From positions 31,496,001-31,560,000 of the forward strand of contig OX597840.1 in NCBI GenBank assembly GCA_951406725.2: 64,000 nucleotides of DNA, written 5' to 3'. Below, one piece after another: positions 54,267-64,000 of this stretch. The translations under genes and the position numbers were made by a program. This DNA is from Octopus vulgaris (taxonomy: Eukaryota). Each line of letters starts with the position of its first letter. The stretch's first letter is position 1. The notes beneath the pieces are model-generated. The model was given only the letters and a program-made list of their open reading frames with translations. It made no database searches and was not told where the DNA came from.

Positions 54267-54939
54267 TACATGTATATATATATATATATATACATGTGCA
54301 TGTATATGTATGTATATGAATATATATGCGTGTGTTTGTGTGTATATATATATATTTGTACAATATAGGTCTCTATGTTCGATGTGTAAGTATATATGTA
54401 TACATATGCCCATGTTTGGGTGAGCTTTATTAAAGAAAATATATATATTCTTACTCTACAACAGTTTCGCTGTCGCCGTTAACGAGCCTCCGTGCGAAAA
54501 GATTACAGGCCTAACATAACAGAAGGAAATTCGCATGAGGTTGACCCAGTTATCTCTCATCAATTTCGGTTCGGTTAGAACGACGCGTGTTCAACTCAGC
54601 GAGACTGTTTATATAACGAACGAATATATGCAATAAATCATCTGTCGATGTAGAACTGGCAGTTAGCGTGACTTCAAGCCAACGAAAGCTAAAGCAATCT
54701 TCATATTTATACACCCCTGGCGAGAGAAAATGTAGATTTAAAAGCAGAAGGTGAGGTTTCCGCAGAGATTGTTCTCATTGAGCTTTGCTGTAATTACAAC
54801 CATGTTCCATCTCTCGGTTAGAGTTGCTTATAATTAATTATGTGTGATGTGCGGTGAAAACGCGCGGTTTATTAGTTAGAGTTCGTGATCGTAAGGACGT
54901 GGTTTCGATTTACGGTCCGGCTGGTACGTTGAGTTCTTA

Positions 54940-55352
54940 CTCTCTTTTACTCTTTTATTTGTTTCAGTCATTTGACTGCGGCCATGCTGGAGCACCGCCT
55001 TTAGTCGAGCAAATCGACCCCGGGGCTTATTCTTTGTAAGCCAGAGTACTTATTCTATCGGTCTCTTTTGCCGAAGCGCTAAGTGACGGGGACGTAAACA
55101 CACCAGCATCGGTTGTCAAGCAATGCTAGGGGGACAAACGCAGACACACAAACATATACACACACACTTATATATATATACATATATACGACAGGCTTCT
55201 GTCAGTTTCCGTCTACCAAATCCACTCACAAGGCATTGGTCGGCCCGGGACTATAGCAGAAGACACTTGCCCAAGATGCCACGCAGTGGGACTGAACCCG
55301 GAACCATGTGGTTGGTTAGCAAGCTACTTACCACACAGCCACTCCTGCGCCT
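54940..55352 (-). mobile_element. SINE family A
   Basis: Family consensus; interrupts the 161-bp repeat. Confidence 0.9.
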
Positions 55353-55359
55353 AAAAATC

Positions 55360-55900
55360 TTTTCTTTTTATAGGCACAAGGCCTGAAATTTTAGGGGAGG
55401 GGACTAATTATGTGTGATGTGCGGTGAAAACGCGCGGTTTACTAGTTAGAGTTGCTACGCTCGTGATCGTAAGGACGTGGTTTCGATTTACAGTCGGGCC
55501 GGTACGTTGAGTTCTTGAGTATTTTCTTTTATAGACACAAGGCCTGAAATTTTAGGGGAGGGGACTAATTATGTGTGATGTGCGGTGAAAACGCGCGGTT
55601 TACTAGTTAGAGTTGCTATGCTCGTGATCGCAAGGACGTGGTTTCGATTTACGGTCCGGCTGCTACGTTGAGTTCTTGAGTATTTTCTTTTATAGGCACA
55701 AGGCCTGAAATTTTAGGGGAGGGGATTAATTATGTGTGATGTGTGGTGAAAACGCGCGGTTTACTAGTTAGCGTTGCTACGCTCGTGATCGTAAGGACGT
55801 GGTTTCGATTTACGGTCCGGCTGGTACGTTGAGTTCTTGAGTATATAAAAATCTTTTCTTTTATAGGCACAAGGCCTGAAATTTTAGGGTAAGGGACTAG
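55360..55900 (+). repeat. 161-bp tandem repeat containing a degenerate tRNA-like SINE head (first unit at about 54835-54938)
   Basis: GCCTGAAATTTTAGGG at 55381, 55542, 55703 and 55874; GGTTTCGATTT B-box-like motif in each unit. Confidence 0.8.
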
Positions 55901-56044
55901 TCGATTACATCGATCCCAGTGTTTCACTGATACTTATTTTATCGACCCCGAAAGGATGGGCAACCTAAAACCTACACGCGAGCACACACTCATGTATGTA
56001 TGTATGTATGTGTATGTGTGTATACGTACATACACACATATATA

Positions 56045-56253
56045 CTCTTTTACTCTTTTACTTGTTTCAGTCATTTGACAGCGGCCATACTGGAGCACCG
56101 CCTTTTGTCGAGCAAATCGACCCCGGGACTTATTCTTTGTAAGCCGAGTACTTATTCTATCGGTCTCTTTTGCCGAACCGCTAAGTGACGGGGACGTAAA
56201 CACACCAGCATCGGTTGTCAAGCAATGCTAGGGGGACAAACACAGACACACAA

Positions 56254-56288
<35 letters not shown>

Positions 56289-56479
56289 TAAATATATATA
56301 TATATACATATATACGAAGGGCTTCTTTCAGTTTCCGTCTACGAAATCCACCTACAAGGCTTTGGTCGGCCCAAGGCTATAGCAGAAGACACTTGCTCAA
56401 GATGCCACGCAGTGGGACTGAACCCGGAACAATGTGGTTGGTAAGCAAGCTACTTACCACACAGCCAATCCTGCGCCTA
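56045..56479 (-). mobile_element. SINE family A
   Basis: Family consensus. Confidence 0.9.
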
Positions 56480-56812
56480 TTTATATATGTATGTATATTT
56501 ATGCACCTATGTATACATATATATAAATATTTCGCTTATGTAAGGCGGTGAGGTGGCAGTAGAATCGTTAAGCACATACTAAACAAATGCTTAGCGGTGT
56601 TTCGTCCGTATTTACGTTCTGAGTTCAAATTTCGCCGTGGTCAACTTTGTCTTTCATCCCTTTCGGTGACGATAAAATAAGTACCAGCTTATTATTATTG
56701 GGGGTCGATATAAGTGACCTAACCCCTCTCCGAAATTGCAGTCCTCCTGCCAAACTTTGAAACCAGTAATTTTCTTAGGCATAATGATTCTGATAACTTC
56801 AATATACATATG

Positions 56813-57031
56813 TATTTCACTACTGCCCCACAAGGGGCTAAACACAGAGGGGACAAACGGATTACGTCGATTACATCGACCCCAGGGCGTAACTGGTACT
56901 TAATTTATCGACCCCGAAAGGATGAAAGGCAAAGTCGACCTCGGCGGAATTTGAACTCAGAACGTAACAGCAGACGAAATACGGCTACGCATTTCGCCCT
57001 GCGTGCTAACGAGTCTGCCAGCTCGCCGCCT
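56813..57031 (-). mobile_element. SINE family B; an older plus-strand copy lies at about 56543-56765
   Basis: Family consensus. Confidence 0.85.
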
Positions 57032-57235
57032 TAATATACATATATATTAACTTCAATATACATATGCTTTAGAGAGAAGCGTTAGTCAAGTTCAGAGTGT
57101 AATAAGAGATCATATCAATGATTAGGAAACAAGAAATTATGCAAGGGACTTCAATAGCTTGCAAGTATTTCTGCTATAGGATGTAATACACTAATATTTA
57201 AGCGCTTGTGTTTCACCTTCTTACATCGTTGGGCA

Positions 57236-57620
57236 TCTCTCTCTATATAAATGGCAGTTTGTCTGTCTGCGTGTCTGTGTGTCTGTTAGGTTGTACCCTC
57301 ACCCTGACCACGGCTTTCAACCGATTCTGATGAAACTTGACACACACATAGCCCAATGTCATAATTCAAAACTAACGCAGCCAAAATTTTGAAAAGTTCC
57401 CCCAGTTTTGAAAAAAAATCGATAAATTCGACATGGGGTCGAGAATCAGAAATACAAACCACAGACTGTCTAGGGGACGCAACTCGACCTTTTTAACTCT
57501 CAAAAAAAATTTCCCATCATTTTTTTCCCATCTTTTTGCTATTTTTTGGCTATAACTCTCTAAAAATGCTTTATAGTTATTTCCCTTACAAACCCGAGCA
57601 ACGCCGGGCGATACTGCTAG
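57236..57620 (+). mobile_element. Non-autonomous Helitron (subfamily 2 head, subfamily 1 tail)
   Basis: A|TC ... CCCGAGCAACGCCGGG-CGATACTG-CTAG|T. Confidence 0.8.
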
Positions 57621-57831
57621 TCAGAAATGAAGTGCAATTTTCTTTTGGGAAACATTTATACAAATGCTTTTCGTTTTCTACGCTCTGGCGAAGCTAGAGG
57701 AGAGTGCTCAAACACCCATATATGAATTCATTGCATTTATTGCAGAAACACCTTTAAGATTATGAATTATATAATTTCTTGTTATCTTGTACTTTATATA
57801 ATCTTTCTCCCCACATACACGTGCATATACA

Positions 57832-57866
<35 letters not shown>

Positions 57867-58157
57867 TTTTCCCCCTTTTATCTTCTTTTTTCATTTCTCT
57901 TTCCTTTTGTTCCTTTTCCTTTTCTTTTTTTCTTTTTATTCTTTTTATTTATTCAATTTTTTTTTGTTTTTGTTCTTTTCTTCCCTTTTACGATCCCTCT
58001 TGATCGAAAACCTACGCCACCCCTTTTTTTTCTTTTGTTTTTTGTTCTCTTCATCCCCCAAAAGAAAAGCTCTACCTTGTAACTTGTCCCATCTGTGTGC
58101 AGCCCTGTGTGGCCAATAAAGAAAGTTATCTATCTATCAATCTATCTATCTTTCTAT

Positions 58158-58193
<36 letters not shown>

Positions 58194-58294
58194 TTCTCTG
58201 TCTGTCTCTCTGTCTATCTGTCTGTCTGTCTATCTATTTATCTATCTATATAAATATGTACAAATAACTCATATATATATATATATATATATAT

Positions 58295-58586
58295 CACGTG
58301 AGCACGTGACCGACCAGACCTTCAGATGTTGTTACACATCGCTGGTCACAATGCGTTCGCATTGTTTTAGCCTTCGAATGACGCCACCCCGCTGGCTAAG
58401 CAAGCAGGCCAACAGAAGAAAGAGTGGGAGAAAGAGTGGTGAAAGAGTACAGCAGGGATCACCCCCCCCCTGCCGGAGCCTCGTGAGCTTTTAGGTGTTT
58501 TCGCTCAATAAACACTCACAACGCCCAGTCTGGGAATCGAAACCGCAATCCTACGACCGCGAGTCCGCTGCCCTAACCACTGGGCC

Positions 58587-58588
<2 letters not shown>
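58295..58588 (-). mobile_element. SINE sharing the family C tRNA head but with a different 3' tail
   Basis: 58430-58588 matches SINE C; 58295-58425 does not. Confidence 0.7.
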
Positions 58589-58643
<55 letters not shown>

Positions 58644-58667
58644 CGTACGTATGTATATATGTACACA

Positions 58668-58968
58668 AGATGATAGTAAGGTATATGTAGGGGTGACAAA
58701 AAACAATATGAAACAGAGACTTAATTATCACAGCTATACATCTAGAAACAGAAATAGGAGAAATTCTATAGGGTTAAGTAGCTACATGTGGGAACTTAAG
58801 GGTGGGGGAATTAATTATAATTTACACTGGAAAATATTAATATCAGCCCCTGCGTACAATAATAAAAATAGAAAATGTTTATTATGTATTAGTGAAAATG
58901 TTTTTCTAATTGGGGCTAAAATTCCGATTATTAACAAGTTTAAGGAACGTAACTTCCTGTCTTTATAA
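58668..58968 (+). pseudogene. Penelope-like element GIY-YIG endonuclease remnant
   Basis: KVYVGVT...KQR...H...LSSYMWELK...WKIL..A.AY....KCLLCISE...IINK..E matches the YIG/R/H, CxxC-E and N pattern of Penelope endonucleases. Confidence 0.85.
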
Positions 58969-59838
58969 AACTGGGTTACCTTTAAAGTACAACTAAAGCC
59001 TAGAATTAAAATACTCCTGCAGACATAATAATAGTTATAATTACTTAGAGTTAACCATTGTTACTATATTATATTGTATTATGTAATATGTGATAATTAT
59101 GCAGATCCGTGTGCATACGTACATATGTATGTATGTATGGACGTTCGTATATGTAAGTATATCGTTTGTTCTGCATATATATATCTGTATTTATGTACCC
59201 TTGATATATTCAATTGATGACGGTAAAGCTTATTTAAAGCAAAACCAGAAATCCTGGATCTTGAATTATTCAATAACTTTTGCTTGTATATTTTGTCACT
59301 CTGTCTTATCTCATGGTACGATATGAACACTTAACGTGGTTTTTATAGTCAGAATTTCGACTGCTATTTCGGCATGTTGTTGTCTCTCAGACACCCTCAT
59401 TTTTAATTGACACCCTCATTTTTAATTGTTAAAAATTATTACCTTTGTACGGTATTTTTTCCATGCTGGCCACTTGATAATATTGATACTTGAATATCGA
59501 TATTATCCTCATATATAAATTTATATATATATATATATATATAAATGAAGGTATATATTAAGTTAGATATAATTATATATAATTATATACATATATGTAT
59601 ATGTGAGTATTTATTACTCTAGATACTACTTTTATATTTATATATGGATGTGTATTGCCCTAATATTACTTATGTTTAAATGATTTTTGATAAATTTATT
59701 CGAGGTTTTACCGGCATCCTCTCTCTTGCCGGAAATAAGCTGCGTCTGCCCGGTGGATTTGAAAAGTTAGAATATACAAATAATGAGTTTACATGCGGCA
59801 TCGAACTCGTTGTGTGTATATTTAAAATCTAAAGGCTA

Positions 59839-59902
59839 CCTACTGATGAAGACTGGCCTCAGTAAATATTTTTTTACTGGTAAGTCAGAAACCATGTCTA
59901 GG
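59839..59902 (+). ncRNA. Type I hammerhead in the 3' region (pLTR) of the Penelope remnant
   Basis: CCTA-CTGATGA-A-GACT..(CAGTAAA/TTTACTG)..AGTC-A-GAAAC-CAT-GTC-TAGG. Confidence 0.75.
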
Positions 59903-60121
59903 AACAAATTAGATGGCAACATGTTTTAAATGTCGTGTATACCCTCCCGGGTGTTCAAAACGGCCTAATAAACCGTCGGTTTGGAGTTGTTTACTGAGGC
60001 GGTTTCTAGCGTCATTGGCACCTGTGCACGCACCCTGATGGAAAGCTACCTCCAGTTAATGTTGTTGGCCTTGGGACCACCTGTACACAATATTTTATAT
60101 ATAAATATACATGTATATATA

Positions 60122-61565
60122 CACTGAACCGTAAAAGAAACGCGACACGTGTGTTACTGTGAAATTTGTTTTAATTTCATTATGTCAAAGATTAATTTTG
60201 ATGAATCTGATAAAGTCAATTTCTTGGATACACTTTGACCACAGTCTATGGGTCGTGGTCTTGTGTTCTGGTAGTGGGCGGATCCTGTACAACAAGATTG
60301 TAGGGCGCAACATGTTCACATGTGTCTCTGTAGAGTTCACCCCTTCTATATCACGTCCCCACTCTGCCACTCGTTGTGGAAAAGCAGTACAGGCTTTCGT
60401 CAGAGAAGACTGTCGACCTCCATTGTTGATGCTGTGCTACTTACTGTCGTAGTTCCTGACGATGTCGGGCGGTGAGGACAGGCCCTCGAGCAGGATGGCG
60501 GCCACACAGGTTGTTGTCTGGTCAGTCGACTTCATACAGTATCGTCAACTGATTGGTCGGTGTCCGGTGCCAATGGTCTCGCGAGCTATCACGCTTCGCC
60601 AGTTTGAAGCGATTACGGAAGTGTTGCAGGTGGATGAAGCTGTCCTGTGTGGGCTTGGTCCTCCGGGGACGTCCTCTGTGGGCACGGTCTGCAATGCTGT
60701 TGGTGTTGTATCGCTGCTGCAGGCGATAGATGGTGCTGACATGGATATTGTAAGCTTTCGCAACAACCATTACACTTTGCCCTGCTTGCAATCAGCCGAT
60801 AGTTTGTTTTCTCTGCGCTGCTGACAACGGGTTATACCTGATGCGTCCAAATTATGAATGCCAGGAATAAAGTTCAAGTTGATTTTTATACTCATAACCT
60901 CCGCAAAATACACATAGGCGCAGGAGTGGCTGTGTGGTAAGTAGCTTGTTTACCAACCACATGATACCGGGTTCAGTCCCACTGCGTGGCACCTTGCGCA
61001 AGTGTCTTCTACTATAGCCTCGGGCCGACCAAAGCCTTGTGAGTGGATTTGGTAGACGGAAACTGAAAGAAGCCCGTCGTATATACGTATATATATGTAT
61101 ATGTGTGTGTACGTGTATGTTTGTGTTTGTGTTTGTCCCCCTAGCATTGCTTGACAACCGATGCTGGTGTGTTTATGTCCCCGTTACTTAGCGGTTCGGC
61201 AAAAGAGACCGATAGAATAAGTACTGGGCTTACAAAGAATAAGTCCCAGGGTCGATTTGCTCGACTAAAGGCGGTGCTCCTGCATGGCTGCAGTCAAATG
61301 ACTGAAACAAGTAAAAGAGTAAAAAGAGTAAAAGAGTACATTTCGGTTTTCATGGCAATTGTTTCGACTGAGACCCACGGCATTCAACGCAGCTGCATTT
61401 TGGCGTCCCGTTTCACGTAAAGTTGAAAGGTTACCTGCAATTTGGGTCTCAGCCATAAACCAGCATGTCTTGGAATATTTACACTTACATCTCTGAAATA
61501 AATTTTCAAAACTTACCATATAAAAATGACATTTGAAAAAATCGCGTTTCTGTTGCAGTACAGTG
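60122..61565 (-). mobile_element. Decayed Tc1-family transposon interrupted by SINE A
   Basis: HTH plus GRPR motif in ORF 60522-60791; imperfect TIRs CACTGAACCGTAAAAGAAACGCGA / TCGCGTTTCTGTTGCAGTACAGTG. Confidence 0.85.
60916..61338 (+). mobile_element. SINE family A nested in Tc1
   Basis: Family consensus. Confidence 0.9.
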
Positions 61566-61587
61566 TGTGTGTATATGTATACAGACA

Positions 61588-61639
<52 letters not shown>

Positions 61640-61642
<3 letters not shown>

Positions 61643-61938
61643 TTATATATAAAAGTGAAGTTGTGTGTCTGTCTCCTACGATTTAGATTCCTAACTACTC
61701 CCACATTTTGCGGTGCAGTTTAACCAAAAGCGGGTATCTTATAGTCGTGATTCATATCGAGCCCTTCTGGGTATTAGCGCACGTCTACGATGAGTCTACG
61801 ATTTAAAAAAAAAATTACCATCATTTTTTCCCATTTTTAATGCATTGTTTTGCTATTATATAAGGGAAGTAACTCTCTAAAAATGCTTATATAGGTATTT
61901 CCCTTACAAACCCGAGCAACGCCGGGCGATACTGCTAG
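61640..61938 (+). mobile_element. Non-autonomous Helitron (subfamily 1)
   Basis: TC start, 3' hairpin, CTAG end, A|T target. Confidence 0.85.
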
Positions 61939-62676
61939 TATATATTTAATATTAGGGAGTCTTAAATCAAAGTTCACAATATAATATATATAAATTAGAG
62001 AAAAACCATTATTATGTAATTCAAACAATGATAGACTTAAATCATACCATATAGAAAAAATAAAATATATGATAAAACATTTATCTAGGTCACAAAAAGT
62101 ACATAAATAATAAAACAGTATATAATTAGTGTATAATTAGTAGACTACGTACGTTTCGTGGCTATAACTACAATTCGAATTGCAATTAGATAAAATATCT
62201 TTGAAAAAATATGGATTTCTAATTTTTTTATTTGTTAATTATAATTTAGATACTTACATTTATTTAATTATTCTTATTTTATAATTATTATATGTGAACT
62301 AAGATCTAAAAGCATTAAGTGTGGTTGTTTTGTGAAATATATTGTAACGTAAAATATTTTTGTGTAGGTAGTGAAAAGTTATTCTTTTTTGTACTATTGA
62401 ATTTAATAATAATAATAATAAGTAATTTTGTTATTCCCTTATTAAGCGAAATATTAAATCTACACATATGAACGCTAAGTTATACGCTTTTAATTTTATA
62501 TTTTTTAGTTCATAAAATATCTTGGAAAAAATAATTATACATTTTATTTAAGAAATAATGGTGAAATTTATATAATTATTTATTTTTAAAATAAGTATTT
62601 CTAATTTTGTTATTTGTTAATTATAATTTAAGATACATATATTTATTTAATCATTCTTCTTATTATAATTATTATA

Positions 62677-63079
62677 TCTTTATATATAAAAGTGAAGTTG
62701 TGTGTCTGTCTCCTACGATTTAGATTCCTAACTACTCCCACATTTTGCGGTGCAGTTTAACCAAAACCGTGTATCTTTTAGTCGTGATTCATATCGAGCC
62801 TTTCTGGGTATTAGCGCGCGTCTACGATGAGTCTACGATTTAAAAAAAAAAAATTACCATCATTTTTTTTCCATTTTAATGCATTTTTTTCGCTATTATA
62901 TAAGGGAAGTAACTCTCTAAAAATGTCTACGATGAGTCAACGATTTAAAAAGAAAATTACCATAATTTCTTTTTCCTTTTTTAATGCATTTTTTTGTTAA
63001 TTTTTGGTTATAACTCTCTAAAAATGCTTATATAGTTATTTCCCTTACAAACCCGAGCAACGCCGGGCGATACTGCTAG
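62677..63079 (+). mobile_element. Non-autonomous Helitron (subfamily 1, internal duplication)
   Basis: Same termini; the empty site is visible in the paralogous sequence at 62281-62305. Confidence 0.9.
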
Positions 63080-63439
63080 TGTGAACTAAAATCTAAAAGT
63101 ATTATTTGTAGTTGTTTTGTGAAATAGTTTGTAACGTAAAATATTATAGTATAGGTAGTGAAAGGGTTTTTTTGTTTATTACTCTTTCGTCCAGGAACAA
63201 CTTGATGTATTGGTGAACTGTTAACGTCTTTGGAGAGCAACCCAGTGTACATCCCCACATGTTTGAGTTGGGTCTTGGGGGGCTCAATTCAGTTGACAAT
63301 GTGAAGCTGCTAGGGGCTGTGCTCAAACCCCGATTGGAGAGGGTTGCTGCTGGACTTAGGCTTATTCATTCACATCCGCTGGGCCAAAATCCCAAACGTT
63401 GACGCTAGAAATGGTCTCACAAAAGCATTGCGAGATATA

Positions 63440-63655
63440 CTCTCTTTACTCTTTCATACTCTTTTACTTGTTTCAGTCAGTTGACTGCGGCCATGCTGGA
63501 GCACCGCCTTTAGTCGAGCAACTCGACCCCGGGACTTATTCTTTGTAAGCCCAGTACTTATTCTATCGGTCTCTTTTGCCGAACTGCTAAGTGACGGGGA
63601 CGTAAACAACACCAACATCGGTTGTCAAGCAATGCTAGGGGGACAAACACACACA

Positions 63656-63690
<35 letters not shown>

Positions 63691-64000
63691 TCTTTACTCT
63701 TTACTCTTTTACTCTTTTACTTGTTTCAGTCAGTTGACTGCGGCCATGCTGGAGCACCGCCTTTAGTCGAGCAACTCGACCCCGGGACTTATTCTGTGTA
63801 AGCCCAGTACTTATTCTATCGGTCTCTTTTGCCGAACTGCTAAGTGACGGGGACGTAAACAACACCAACATCGGTTGTCAAGCAATGCTAGGTGGAAAAA
63901 CACAGACACACAAACGCACCCACGCATATATATATATATATATATACATATATACGACGGGCTTCTTTCAGTTTCCGTCTACCAAATCCACTCACAAGGC
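63440..64000 (-). mobile_element. SINE family A with tandemly duplicated 3' half (runs off the window)
   Basis: 63440-63685 repeated from about 63690. Confidence 0.85.

Overview
Eukaryotic, AT-rich, repeat-saturated DNA. The SINE families and microsatellite landscape look like a cephalopod (probably Octopus) genome, which is an inference. I found no confidently intact host gene; almost every ORF in the track is a microsatellite or SINE artefact. The window holds: three tRNA-derived SINE families (about 35 copies, several as head-once/body-repeated tandem arrays inside a single target-site duplication, TSD); RTE LINE 3' fragments; a Penelope GIY-YIG endonuclease remnant; Tc1, mariner, piggyBac-type, hAT-type and Helitron non-autonomous elements; a 5.8-kb 115/133-bp GT-rich satellite; a (TAA)n-embedded 556-bp repeat; and a 100-N gap. 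The most striking hidden layer is about 20 type I hammerhead ribozyme (HHR) motifs, read by eye. They belong to many short elements lying in or next to (TA)n tracts, include a 364-bp tandem retrozyme-like repeat, and show three Watson-Crick versions of the 3:8 core pair (C:G, U:A, G:C).
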